From assembly GCF_008065095.1 (NCBI RefSeq), contig NZ_CP042911.1, positions 1,380,001 to 1,412,000 of the forward strand: a stretch of 32,000 nucleotides of DNA. The letters are read 5' to 3'. Shown here in pieces: positions 1 through 9,069 of the stretch. A program made the translations under genes and the position numbers. Numbering within the stretch: the stretch's first letter is position 1; every line of letters starts with the position of its first letter. This DNA is from Gemmata obscuriglobus (GTDB lineage: Bacteria > Planctomycetota > Planctomycetia > Gemmatales > Gemmataceae). The notes beneath the pieces are model-generated. The model searched no databases and was not told where the DNA came from. It saw only the letters and a program-made list of their open reading frames with translations.

Positions 1-2
1 GT

Positions 3-383
3 TACGACCCCGCCGACCTTGAGGACGCGTGCCGCTGGGCGGGCGTGTTCGGCATCGGCAAGCTCTCGGCGCGCGACCAGGCGACCGCGAAGGAGCGGAC
101 CGCCGAGTTGATGGACGGCCTGGGGCTCCACGCCCCGGAAACGGACGAGGAGTTCGAGCGCGTGATGTGCAGCCCCTTTGCCCAGGGCCGGCCGGACGAC
201 CCGTGCCTGAACCCGGCGTGCCCCAACCGGGAGAAGCGGGGGCAGTTGACGCCCATCGCCTTGCTGCCGGCGGAACCGGTGCCCGGGGTTCACACGTTCG
301 GGCGGTACGGCGGCGGCGTGCAGTTGATCTTCCAGCTCTGCCCGGAGTGCGCGACGATCCGGGTGAGCAACCAGTGCGATTGA
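3..383 (+). CDS. hypothetical protein, 5'-partial (frame open to the window edge), C-terminal Cys-pair zinc-ribbon-like motif
   Basis: Track ORF is 45..383, but the same frame has no stop back to nt 3. Third codon positions are G/C-rich. Cysteine pairs CLNPAC...CPEC are present. No family recognised. Confidence 0.4.
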   Translation, partial: YDPADLEDACRWAGVFGIGKLSARDQATAKERTAELMDGLGLHAPETDEEFERVMCSPFAQGRPDDPCLNPACPNREKRGQLTPIALLPAEPVPGVHTFGRYGGGVQLIFQLCPECATIRVSNQCD

Positions 384-402
384 GCCGAGCCCGAACGGCG
401 GC

Positions 403-2808
403 TCACCCGGGCCGCGCTTCCTCGATCTCGCGCACCGTGACGAGGTGCTGGCAGTCGTCGTGGTACTTCTTTAATCGGGCGCGGAACGAGGCCGTGTTCT
501 TCGTACACACCAGCGTGTGCGGCGAGCCGATACGTTCCGTCTTGCAGTCCACGTCGCAGCCGCGGTTGCGAATGGTGTTCTCCAGGTGCGACCGGCGGTC
601 CTGCGCCGCCCGGAACCGGTGAACGCTCTCCTTCGAGTCACCCAGGAACCGGCGCAATTGGACACAGTCCCCGCACGTGCAGTCGATGTTCGCCTCGCGC
701 CGGAAGTCGCCCGGCGGCGCCGGCTCCTGCGCCGTCAGCACCTCCAACTGCTGTCGCACCGACCCCACCCACCGGGACACGCCGTCGCACCCGGCCTTGA
801 GGTGCGTCTTGAGCCAGGGCTGCAATGCGGTCAGCGCCGCGATGTGGTTCGCCAGCGGGTACAGCTTCGCCTGGGCCAGCGCCCGGTCGATAAACGCGGC
901 AAACAGGTCGAACTGCCGGACCGCGAGGAGGGCGCGCGGCAGCTCGGTCAGAACCGCCGACCGGTCCACGCCCCGGAACCGCCAGTCGTGGCCCGCGGCG
1001 GCGGCCTTATCGAGCGCCCCGAGCACGGACACGAACAGCCCGGCCAGCCGCCCGCACAACGCGACCCGCTCCCCCTCGCCCGCCTTCCGGCGCGACTTGG
1101 TGGCGCACAGCGCCCCCAGGAGCTCCAGGTTCCGCTCCAGGAACTCGACGCCCGGTCCGGGCACCCGGGTCAGCGGGTCGGGGGTGGTCGCCGTGAGCAG
1201 GCCGACGATTTCGGCCTCGAACGTGTTCCAGCCGAGCGCCTCGCACGCCGCCCGGACGGCCCGCGCGGGCTTGATCGTTCGGCTGCCGGTGACCACGTCG
1301 CGCAGGAACGCGCGAACCAGTTCGGGCGCGTCCAGGGCGACCAGCGCGTCGAGCAGGTCGTTCGCCTCGGCGTCCCCGCAGTGCGCGCCGGCGCTCCGGG
1401 CGACCACCTTCGCCGCCAGCGCGGCGCACCGGTCTCGCCCGGCCGGGTCCTTTTTGCGGGCGCCCTGCCACCCGGTAACCATCTGCCGGAGCCACGCGAC
1501 GGCGGCGTGCAGCCCGCAGTCGCAGAGCACGTCGAAGTGCCGCGCGTTCGGCCAGAGGACGATGACCGCGTGCCGGTACCACCGGTTCATGGTCAGCCCC
1601 TCGTTGCCCGTGTACCCGCTCACGCTCTGCTCGGGCTTCGCGCTCGTGAGCGCCTCCGGGGGCACCACCTCGTCCTCCTCGACCTCCATCACCCCGAAGT
1701 CCGGGCGGCCGCCGTCCGGGTCGCTCCAGTGCTCGGCGTTCAGCGTGGTCTCGTAGACCTCGCCCATCTCGTACTCGCCGTCGTCGTCGTCGTCGCTGTA
1801 GCGGCGCCGGCGCCGGCGGGGCGAGTAGTCCTCTTCGGCCGCGCCGGACTCCCAGAGCGTCAGCAGCGCCAGGTGGGCCTGGCAGCCGGCGCGCGTCGCG
1901 GCCTCGTGAAGCACCCGCGCCTTGACCCGGTCCACGCCCTTCAGGGCGTCCCAGACCAACCCGTCCCGGGTGTACTGGTGCCCGAGCGGGACCGCGAGCT
2001 TGTGCGCCGCCCCGTCGGCCGGCCAGCCGCGCAGCGCCGCCGCGACCTCCTCGACGTGCTCGGCCGTCCGGGGCGCGGCGAGCCGCGGCTGCGCCCGAGC
2101 GAGCGTGAGGTTGTACACGAGGCACAGCCGGTGGCCGGTCCGCAAGGGCCGGACCTCGTGCTCGCAGTCCGCGTAAAACGCCGCGAAGTGCGTGTGGAAC
2201 AGGTTGAGCCCGGGGGCGCCGAAGTCGATCGCGCGCTCCTCCCCGTCGTGGCGGACGATCAGTTCGCCGCCCGTGAACGGCGACGGCAGCACGACGACCA
2301 GCGTCGCGACCATGCGGTCGAGCTTCTCGCCGTCGCGGTGGGGCAGGAAGAAGCCGCCCGGTTCGTAGAGCAGCAGATTGTAAAGGTGGCTTTCGAGCTG
2401 CTGCTTTTCGAGCCCGAGGTCGCGCTGGACCGTCGCGACAGCGTCGCGGAGGAACTCGTCCCACTCGGGGTTCGTGAGGGAGAAGTGATCCGGGTCGAGC
2501 TGCCACACCCGCCGGACGCTGGTGTCGACGAGGGTCTCTTCGCCCTTCCCGTAAGGGGCCTGTTTGCAGACCGCCGCGAGTTCCTTCGCCTGGTGCGCGG
2601 TGAGCGGCAGCCCGACCGGGCCGATTCCGGCCACCTCCAGACCCGGGTTCGCGGCGCGCACGCTCCCGGTGACACAGAACGACCCGGGGCGGTTGATTTT
2701 CTTGAGCGCGGCGTCGAGCCGCTCCGAAACGGTGTGGGCCACGGGCGGGCTCCGGGGGCTCGCGAACCTGTTGCGAGCGTTGTATCCGGAGCGCCGCGGG
2801 GCCGCCAC
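403..2808 (-). CDS. large protein with N-terminal 2OG-Fe(II) oxygenase (prolyl-4-hydroxylase-like) domain and long Cys-containing C-terminal extension
   Basis: 801-aa track ORF. Candidate HxD...H triad (LPHRDGE ... CEHEV) is followed by TGHRLCLVYNL, typical of the 2OG-FeII_Oxy fold. An alternative GTG start at 2742 is preceded by GGAG. The gene starts 15 nt after the stop of the upstream minus-strand gene. Confidence 0.75.
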   Translation of the reverse strand: MAAPRRSGYNARNRFASPRSPPVAHTVSERLDAALKKINRPGSFCVTGSVRAANPGLEVAGIGPVGLPLTAHQAKELAAVCKQAPYGKGEETLVDTSVRRVWQLDPDHFSLTNPEWDEFLRDAVATVQRDLGLEKQQLESHLYNLLLYEPGGFFLPHRDGEKLDRMVATLVVVLPSPFTGGELIVRHDGEERAIDFGAPGLNLFHTHFAAFYADCEHEVRPLRTGHRLCLVYNLTLARAQPRLAAPRTAEHVEEVAAALRGWPADGAAHKLAVPLGHQYTRDGLVWDALKGVDRVKARVLHEAATRAGCQAHLALLTLWESGAAEEDYSPRRRRRRYSDDDDDGEYEMGEVYETTLNAEHWSDPDGGRPDFGVMEVEEDEVVPPEALTSAKPEQSVSGYTGNEGLTMNRWYRHAVIVLWPNARHFDVLCDCGLHAAVAWLRQMVTGWQGARKKDPAGRDRCAALAAKVVARSAGAHCGDAEANDLLDALVALDAPELVRAFLRDVVTGSRTIKPARAVRAACEALGWNTFEAEIVGLLTATTPDPLTRVPGPGVEFLERNLELLGALCATKSRRKAGEGERVALCGRLAGLFVSVLGALDKAAAAGHDWRFRGVDRSAVLTELPRALLAVRQFDLFAAFIDRALAQAKLYPLANHIAALTALQPWLKTHLKAGCDGVSRWVGSVRQQLEVLTAQEPAPPGDFRREANIDCTCGDCVQLRRFLGDSKESVHRFRAAQDRRSHLENTIRNRGCDVDCKTERIGSPHTLVCTKNTASFRARLKKYHDDCQHLVTVREIEEARPG

Positions 2809-2823
2809 CGTGCGGCCCGGCTC

Positions 2824-3492
2824 TCACTTCGCCAGATCGAGCACGAGCGTCGCCGTGTGCCGGACCGCACTGTACTTCTTCCCCGCGAACTCGCCCGGCT
2901 TGGCCTCCGCCCGCCGCGCCGCTACGCAGTACCGCCCCTTCGCAGCGAACGACTCGGTCAGACCGTCCTTGTCGGTCTTCACAACCGGCGATTTCTCCTC
3001 CGTCTCGCCCGGCAGGCCCACCGTGACCTCGACGCCCTCGACCGGCTTGCCGGCAACGAGCACCTGGAACCGCACCTTACCGCCGTCCTTAACCGGAACC
3101 AGTTCCAGCGCGGTGCCGGCCGTCAGCCCCTTCGCGAATGGGTCCCCGACGACAACTTTCGGGTAGTAGAAGGACAACAGCGGCGGATCGTCCCCGCGCT
3201 GCGTGACCCCGGCCTCGGTGGTGCCGAACACGACCGCCGGCGCCTCGGGCAGCTTCGCGCGGTAGAAGCTCCCGTCACCTTTTTCGGTCGTCAGCTTGAG
3301 TTCCTTGCCGCCGGCGGTGCGGGCGGTCAGGGCGGTCTTCTCGGCGCGGGCCGCCGACGCTTTCGGGTCCGGCTCCGCCTTGTGCCCGAACACGAGCCGG
3401 GCCTCGGCCCCCTCGACGTACACGAACACGAAGTGGGCGCGGCCGGCCGCGGCGAACGCAACTGCGGCCCCGAGCGCGATCACGTAACGCAT
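2824..3492 (-). CDS. secreted DUF4198-like protein (family linked to periplasmic Ni/Co binding)
   Basis: Signal peptide MRYVIALGAAVAFAAAGRA is followed by HFVFV, the mature N-terminal His typical of DUF4198. Also LELVPVKDGGKVRFQVLVAGKPVEGVEV and KTDKDGL...GRYCVAA...HTATLVL blocks. GGAG lies 6 nt upstream of the ATG. Confidence 0.6.
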   Translation of the reverse strand: MRYVIALGAAVAFAAAGRAHFVFVYVEGAEARLVFGHKAEPDPKASAARAEKTALTARTAGGKELKLTTEKGDGSFYRAKLPEAPAVVFGTTEAGVTQRGDDPPLLSFYYPKVVVGDPFAKGLTAGTALELVPVKDGGKVRFQVLVAGKPVEGVEVTVGLPGETEEKSPVVKTDKDGLTESFAAKGRYCVAARRAEAKPGEFAGKKYSAVRHTATLVLDLAK

Positions 3493-3541
3493 GAGTAGCT
3501 CCGGAAGTTGGCAGCGGGCGGGTCGAATAAGGGGTCCGTTG

Positions 3542-4543
3542 TTACCAGTCGCTCCCGAGCACCTCGCCCGTGGCGCGGGTGCCGGCGGCGGCCCACGTTC
3601 CCTGAGAAATGCCGTCCGACACGAACCGCACGCTGCCGTCCGCGAGGCACGCGTTCACCCCGCCGCTGTGCCGCGACCGGGCCGCCTTCCACGCCGGGTT
3701 GCTGTGCTGCACGCAGTCCATCAGCGGGTTGTTCGGGGTGCGGACGTTGTTGTACAGGCCGCAGTTGTACGCCCCGTCCGCCCACAGCGCGCCGCGGTCG
3801 GTCACGAGGGTCGTGCTGGCGTCGCAGTTGGCCTGCGACAGCGCCGTCACCTGCTTGTAGTAGAGCCGCACGTCGGTGCTAACGGCCGGGGCGGCGCCGC
3901 CGGCGCCGAGCAGCGACTCCGAGAACGCGACCGTGTTGCTCAGCCCGTCGGTCACGGCCGCGACCCGCACACCCGGGTTCAGCACCACGTCGCGGTCCAC
4001 GCCGTAAAAAATGCCGTCGCCGGTGAGCGCGTCACCGCCCGCGTTGCTCCCCACGCAGGCCACGTAGTTGCTCGGCCCCTGCCCCTCCTTCACTGTCCGG
4101 AACTCGTCCGAGGGGCACAGGAACGTCGGCACGACGGCCGCGAGCGGCGCGCGGTTCTGCGGGAACGGGATCACCTCCGGCTGGAGCGTCCCGCCGCCGT
4201 ACAGCGGGGCCGTGAGGTCCAGCGCGTTGTACACGGCGGTCTGTTCGAGGTACGGCGTGAGCTGCGCCAGCGCGGACCACCGGAAGTGCCCCTTCGGGTT
4301 CGTGGGGTCGACCGCCCAGGTTTTGCGCCAGTATGCGTTCGGGAACGCGCCCGTCGCGCTCTCGTGGCTGTGGAGCGCGAGGCCGATCTGCTTCAGGTTG
4401 TTCTGGCACTTCATCCGCGCCGCCGCCGCCCGCACCTTCTGGACGGCGGGCAGCAAGAGCCCGATGAGAACGGCGATGATCGCGATCACCACCAACAACT
4501 CGATCAGCGTGAACCCGCGGCGCGGGTGACGAGCGGTTCGCAT
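3542..4543 (-). CDS. DUF1559 domain protein with prepilin-type N-terminal cleavage/methylation motif
   Basis: [38 protein letters not shown] is a classic type IV pilin-like leader. Planctomycete DUF1559 hallmarks follow ([22 protein letters not shown]). The true start is taken at the internal ATG 4543, not the track start 4828. Confidence 0.9.
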   Translation of the reverse strand: MRTARHPRRGFTLIELLVVIAIIAVLIGLLLPAVQKVRAAAARMKCQNNLKQIGLALHSHESATGAFPNAYWRKTWAVDPTNPKGHFRWSALAQLTPYLEQTAVYNALDLTAPLYGGGTLQPEVIPFPQNRAPLAAVVPTFLCPSDEFRTVKEGQGPSNYVACVGSNAGGDALTGDGIFYGVDRDVVLNPGVRVAAVTDGLSNTVAFSESLLGAGGAAPAVSTDVRLYYKQVTALSQANCDASTTLVTDRGALWADGAYNCGLYNNVRTPNNPLMDCVQHSNPAWKAARSRHSGGVNACLADGSVRFVSDGISQGTWAAAGTRATGEVLGSDW

Positions 4544-4559
4544 GGCACGGCCCCGTGTG

Positions 4560-4621
4560 ACGAATACCCGATTCGTAATACCGCGCGACGCGAAAACGGC
4601 TCGTGAATATTCAGCTAAAAT
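4560..4621. promoter_or_regulatory. candidate operator/promoter region between divergent nikR and the DUF1559 operon
   Basis: ACGAAT-N5-ATTCGT (4560..4576) and the perfect 10-bp palindrome TGAATATTCA (4604..4613) are present. A TAAAAT -10-like hexamer follows at 4616..4621, upstream of GGAGG-N6-GTG(4650). Confidence 0.35.
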
Positions 4622-4649
4622 CGGTTCCACCCTGCGCGGAGGTCGTCCC

Positions 4650-5099
4650 GTGTCTGAACTGACGCGATTCTCGGTTTCGCTCGAGGCCGACCTGCTCGGC
4701 GCGTTCGACAAGTACGTGCGCGACGGCGCGTTCGCGACCCGCAGCGAGGCGATCCGCCAGCTCCTGCGGCAGACGCTGACCCGCGACGCGTTCGACGCCG
4801 ATGACGCGCCCGTGACGGCCACGCTCACGATCGTGTACGATCACCACCGGCCGCACCTGGTGGAGAAGCTCCTGGACGTGCAGCACGACCACGCGAACCG
4901 CGTCATCGCGTCAATGCACGTCCACCTGGACCACGACCGCTGCATGGAGGTGATCGTGCTGCGCGGCCCGGGCGAGGCCCTCCGGAACCTCGCGGCGGCG
5001 ATCCGCGGGCTGAAGGGCGTCCACACCGGGACGCTGGCGCTCGCCGGGGCGGGGGGGCCGGGCCACGACCACCCGCACCCCCATCCTCACCCGCACTGA
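4650..5099 (+). CDS. nikR: nickel-responsive transcriptional regulator NikR
   Basis: N-terminal ribbon-helix-helix ([20 protein letters not shown]...RSEAIRQLL). C-terminal metal-binding ACT-like domain (TIVYDHH...[17 protein letters not shown]). His-rich tail [14 protein letters not shown] 4650 with a GGAGG Shine-Dalgarno is preferred over the track ATG 4542. Confidence 0.85.
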   Translation: MSELTRFSVSLEADLLGAFDKYVRDGAFATRSEAIRQLLRQTLTRDAFDADDAPVTATLTIVYDHHRPHLVEKLLDVQHDHANRVIASMHVHLDHDRCMEVIVLRGPGEALRNLAAAIRGLKGVHTGTLALAGAGGPGHDHPHPHPHPH

Positions 5100-5192
5100 T
5101 CGCATTTCCGGGCCTAAATGTTGCCCTTCGGCCCGCGAACACGGAAGATGACGTGGTCGATTTCACACGCCCCGTTCCGAAGGAAGACAACC

Positions 5193-6065
5193 ATGCTGAA
5201 GCTAAAATGGGTGCTCGGGGCCGTCGCGGCGCTGGCCGTTACCGTCAACCTCGGCCGCGCGGCCGACGACGTGTACGACCTCCGCGGCCCGGCGCCGGTC
5301 AAGGGCCAGACGTTCGTCAACAAGGGGACGCTCAAGATCAAGGACGCCGACACCACCATGAAGGTGGCCGGCCAGACGGTGAACCTGACGATCAACCTCG
5401 TGGTCACCAGCGAGGAGGAGTCGAAGGTGCTCGCGGTAGACGGCCGCAACGTCACCAAGTCGCAGACCAAGATCATCAAGGAGCGGGCCGACGTGACCGC
5501 CAACCTCGGCGGCAACGACATGAGCCACACCGAGCCGACCGCGCTCGAGAAGGAAACGGTCATCAGCGAGCGCGACGGGAAGACCTGGAAGCACTCGCTG
5601 GTGGACACCAAGCCGAACGAGAAGCAGAAGAAAGAGCTCGACAGCCGCAACGGGATCGAGAACGACGACGACCTGTACCCGGCGGAGAAGGTGAAGGTCG
5701 GGCACACCTGGAAGGTGGACGCCGCCGCGCTCACCAAGATGCTCGGGAACTCGTTCAGCGACGTGAAGGGGAAGCTCGACCAGAAGTTCGTGAAGGTGGA
5801 GACGGTGGACGGCGAGGAGTGCGCCGTGGTCGAGTCGACCGGCAAGCTCACCGCGAAGATGAAGGACGACGGCGAGCCGACCATCGACGTGGAGATGGAG
5901 CTCAAGGTGGCCACGTACAAGTCGCTCAAGACCGGCGTGAACGTGAAGGAGAAGTTCGACGGCAAGATCTCGCTGGAAGGGGTCCAGAAGATGGACGACA
6001 TCAAGGTGGACATCAAGATGTCCGGCCCGATCTCGGGCGACTCCACCACCAGCCTGAAGAAGTAA
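5193..6065 (+). CDS. secreted hypothetical protein, Lys/Asp/Glu/Thr-rich
   Basis: Internal ATG 5193 is preceded by AAGGAAG. Signal peptide MLKLKWVLGAVAALAVTVNLGRA. Coding-like composition. No family recognised. Confidence 0.7.
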   Translation: MLKLKWVLGAVAALAVTVNLGRAADDVYDLRGPAPVKGQTFVNKGTLKIKDADTTMKVAGQTVNLTINLVVTSEEESKVLAVDGRNVTKSQTKIIKERADVTANLGGNDMSHTEPTALEKETVISERDGKTWKHSLVDTKPNEKQKKELDSRNGIENDDDLYPAEKVKVGHTWKVDAAALTKMLGNSFSDVKGKLDQKFVKVETVDGEECAVVESTGKLTAKMKDDGEPTIDVEMELKVATYKSLKTGVNVKEKFDGKISLEGVQKMDDIKVDIKMSGPISGDSTTSLKK

Positions 6066-6080
6066 GAAAGTACCGGAACC

Positions 6081-6119
6081 GCGAAGTGGCCGCCGCGATG
6101 AACGCGGCGGCCACTTCGC
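6081..6119 (+). terminator. terminator-like hairpin (17-bp perfect stem, 5-nt loop) after the secreted-protein gene
   Basis: GCGAAGTGGCCGCCGCG-ATGAA-CGCGGCGGCCACTTCGC starts 16 nt after the stop codon. Only TT follows, so there is no clear U-tract. Confidence 0.4.
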
Positions 6120-6162
6120 TTGACGCGCCGAACCCGCCCCCCGCGGCGCGTGTCTTCGCGGC

Positions 6163-7038
6163 ATGAACGTGCCGCCCGCCCCCGCCGTGTTCCTCGTGTT
6201 CGGCGACCTGCACGGGCGCATCCTGCCGGCGTTCCGGTTCGCGTCGTACTGGTCGGCGCGCACCGGGTGCGACCTCGCGGGGCTGCTCCAGGTCGGCGAC
6301 ATGGGGTACTACACGGACGTCTCGAACTGCGACAAAGCGACCCTCCGGCACGCGAAAGACGACCCGCTGGAGCTGGGCGCGCTCGACGTGGTGACCCGCA
6401 CGCCGGTCGCGGACCGCGTGCTCGAAGAAGACCCGTACTGCACGTTCGACCTGTGGTTCACCGCGGGTAACCACGAGGAGCTCGACGCGCTCGAGCGGTT
6501 CGCCCGAGCCGCCGGGAGCGACCGCACGGACTTCGTCGTGGACGCCTACTGCCGCGTGCGCGGGATCAATGACGGCCGCGTTCACGCGTTCGCGGGCGGG
6601 CCGCGGGTCGCGGCGGTGTGGGGCATCGACGGGGGCGGCCCGAACGCGCGCCAGAACCTCCCGCCGCGCGGGTACGTCGCCGAGAAGGCCGTCGATCGGC
6701 TCGCGCTCGAACCCTTCGACGTGCTGTTGATGCATGACGCGCCGCGGGACGCGAAGCGCATCGGGTACGGGAGCGAGCTGCTCCGGGACCTCGTCGAGTT
6801 GGCGCAGCCGCGGTTCGCGTTCTTCGGGCACTACTCCGGCGACGGCTCCCGGATCGAGCGCGACTACGGCCGGACGGAGGTGTACCACCTCGCCGGGTTC
6901 GAGCTGCGCACCCGCGACGGGCACCCCGAGAGCGGCAGCGTCGGCGTGCTGCACTGGGACGGCGACGAGAGCACGTTCGCGCTGCTCGACGACGCCGACC
7001 TGAAGCCGTTCACCCGCCACAACTGGAAGTGGGTGTAG
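6163..7038 (+). CDS. metallophosphoesterase (calcineurin-like phosphoesterase family)
   Basis: Ordered motifs GDLHG, GDMG, GNHE, LLMHD and FFGH match the metallophosphoesterase signature. Confidence 0.8.
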   Translation: MNVPPAPAVFLVFGDLHGRILPAFRFASYWSARTGCDLAGLLQVGDMGYYTDVSNCDKATLRHAKDDPLELGALDVVTRTPVADRVLEEDPYCTFDLWFTAGNHEELDALERFARAAGSDRTDFVVDAYCRVRGINDGRVHAFAGGPRVAAVWGIDGGGPNARQNLPPRGYVAEKAVDRLALEPFDVLLMHDAPRDAKRIGYGSELLRDLVELAQPRFAFFGHYSGDGSRIERDYGRTEVYHLAGFELRTRDGHPESGSVGVLHWDGDESTFALLDDADLKPFTRHNWKWV

Positions 7039-7163
7039 TTCTCTGCAGAGCGCGGCCGTCCCGCCGGCTTTTACTTTGCCCTGAGTAACCCTTTGCGATC
7101 CTGTCGTCGGCCAACACACCCGCTCTGCTGAGCGCGGGCGGGACGCCCAATGGCACTTAATAT

Positions 7164-7472
7164 CTAACTCGCCTGCTTATTTGGTCGTTTCCGTTCGGGG
7201 TATCCCCGCCTTTTGGGTATGAGTTCGCGTGGGTACTGACGTCCGGGCTCGCGGGCGGGCACCAGCCGCTGCCCGGCGGCCTTAACGAGCCGCTCGAACC
7301 AGGTCTCCCAGTGCCCGTCCGCGGGTTCCGGTCGGAGCATCGGGACCATCGCCCGTACCAAGCTCCACACCCCGGCGAAACTGACTCGTCGCGGTTCCAC
7401 CCCACGCGCGGCCGCCGCCACCCGGCGCACCTGGGTGGCCAGGTTGTACGCCAGCAGCGCCGCTCCCAACTC
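7164..7472 (-). pseudogene. IS4-family transposase, C-terminal fragment
   Basis: Continues the reading frame of the 9070..10073 fragment once the IS66 element and one target-duplication copy are removed (...VEKELG|AALLAYNLATQV...). Confidence 0.8.
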
Positions 7473-9069
7473 GTAAGCGTTCACAGTTGATGCGGGTGTA
7501 TCTCAACAGCCAGCGAAAGTTGGGTTCATCATCGGTGGTTGTTGAGCCGGGACCGGGATCAGTGTTGGTGGCTTTGCCCCGGTACGGTGTGCGGTGACGG
7601 CGTCGGTGAGGAATGCGAGCACGTTGCGGCCCTGCCGGCGACACGAGGCCAGGACCGTGAGGATCCGCTCCACGAACCGGCTACCGCGTTCGGAGTCGGT
7701 GCCGTAGCTGGTCTTGCGCCAGCACACGGCGTGACGCAGGGCCCGCTCGGCCGCGTTGTTGGTCGGTTCCACCCCGCCCACGCGTGCGAACGTCCACAGG
7801 GCCGGCTCCACCGCCAACAGCTCGCGGCACACGGCCCCGGTCTTGGGGCACCCGCACCGGCCCCCGTGCCCCAGGTGCGTGCGGAACCGGGCCCGCACGG
7901 CGCGGGCGTACACGCGAGCGAACGTGGACCGGGCTAACGTCCCGTCCCGCACCCGGAACCAGTGCCCGAACAGTTCGTCGGAACAGGCCAACAGGGCGGC
8001 CCCGATCGGGGATCCGTCGTTGCCCCGATCGATCATCGCCTGGAAGTCCCGCCGCAGGTGCGCCCAGCACACCTGGCGCCGATGCACCGGCAGATGCGTG
8101 TACACCGGATACCGATCGGTCGTGTGGACCTGGGCGGACCCGTCCCGCAGGTCGTCGAACGCGCTCCGGCCCCGGGTGGCGCGGATCAGGAATGCGACCA
8201 CCGAGGTGCTCACCGCGACCCACAACCAGGCCCGCTGGCGCCCTTGCGTCCAGCACGTTTCGTCCACGTTCGCCGGGTGCCCGCGGGTGTACGCGAGAGC
8301 CGCTTCGGCCACCGGGGCCAGAGCCGCCGCGGTCGTGTGCTGGAGTTTGCACACCGTGGCCGGACGGATGGGCAACCCGAACAGGTCGTCGAACAGTTGG
8401 CTCACCACCCGCTTGCCCAGGCGGCACGAACCGGTGAGCATGGCGGCCACCGCCTGGACCCGGGGACCGTACCCGGGAGCCGCGTCGGCGGGCACCGGTG
8501 CGGTCGTCACGGCGCCGCAGTGCGGGCACCGGAGCCGATGGCACCGATACTCGGTCACCTGCGGCCGGACGACCGGGATCTCATGCACCTGGTGAATCGA
8601 CGGGTTCGGGTCGTCCCCGGTGAGTGGGCACGCACACCCGCGGCAGGTGTCCGGTTTGAGGGTGTGGACCGTGTCGGGCGGCAGCACGGTGCGCTCGGCC
8701 TTGGGGTGCCCCGATTGACCGCCGCGCCGCTTCCCCGAGGGACTCTTGGGCGGGGCCGGCTTCACCTGCGGACCATCCGACGAGGGCGGTTTCGACGAGT
8801 TGCTGGAATTCTGGTTGAGCCGGGTCTGAAGGTCGGCCACCGTGACCTGGAGAGCCGCGACCGTGGCCTGCAACTGCGCAACCGTCGCTTCCAGCGCACG
8901 AATGTACGCCACCACCGCTGGCGGCAGGTCACTCGGTAGCTCCGGCGGTTGAGGAACAGATGTCATCGCGTCCGTTCGATTACGGAACACCGGCTCTTGA
9001 GGCAACCCCGCGCAGAATCGAGTCACAAAGGCCTGGAAAATGCACGGCCCGCACCCCGTGAACGGTTAC
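7473..9069 (-). mobile_element. IS66-family insertion sequence (single-ORF type), apparently intact
   Basis: Terminal repeats are GTAAGCGTTCAC (7473..7484) and GTGAACGGTTAC (9058..9069), matching 11/12, with further shared TGCGGG inward. Flanked by the 8-bp direct repeat CCCAACTC (7465..7472 and 9070..9077). Confidence 0.9.
7503..8966 (-). CDS. IS66-family transposase
   Basis: N-terminal heptad/leucine-zipper region, KPPSSDG, zinc-finger CRGC...CPHCG, and DDE-region blocks NVDETCW, TTDRYPVY, CWAHLRRDF and EPTNNAAERALR. Start taken at ATG 8966. Confidence 0.9.
   Translation of the reverse strand: MTSVPQPPELPSDLPPAVVAYIRALEATVAQLQATVAALQVTVADLQTRLNQNSSNSSKPPSSDGPQVKPAPPKSPSGKRRGGQSGHPKAERTVLPPDTVHTLKPDTCRGCACPLTGDDPNPSIHQVHEIPVVRPQVTEYRCHRLRCPHCGAVTTAPVPADAAPGYGPRVQAVAAMLTGSCRLGKRVVSQLFDDLFGLPIRPATVCKLQHTTAAALAPVAEAALAYTRGHPANVDETCWTQGRQRAWLWVAVSTSVVAFLIRATRGRSAFDDLRDGSAQVHTTDRYPVYTHLPVHRRQVCWAHLRRDFQAMIDRGNDGSPIGAALLACSDELFGHWFRVRDGTLARSTFARVYARAVRARFRTHLGHGGRCGCPKTGAVCRELLAVEPALWTFARVGGVEPTNNAAERALRHAVCWRKTSYGTDSERGSRFVERILTVLASCRRQGRNVLAFLTDAVTAHRTGAKPPTLIPVPAQQPPMMNPTFAGC

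Noticed and set aside
517-3498. 993-aa plus-strand ORF, together with 1007..2827, 677..1756 and 2259..2870
   Set aside because: It runs antisense or out of frame across three well-supported minus-strand genes. The Arg/Pro/Gly/Ala-dominated composition with no motifs is typical of stop-free shadow frames in high-GC DNA.
4542-4828. Track starts ATG 4542 for nikR and 4828 for the DUF1559 gene, which would give a 287-nt overlap of divergent genes
   Set aside because: The NikR ribbon-helix-helix begins right after GTG 4650, which has a GGAGG Shine-Dalgarno. The DUF1559 pilin-type leader begins at ATG 4543. The upstream extensions have no homology-like features.
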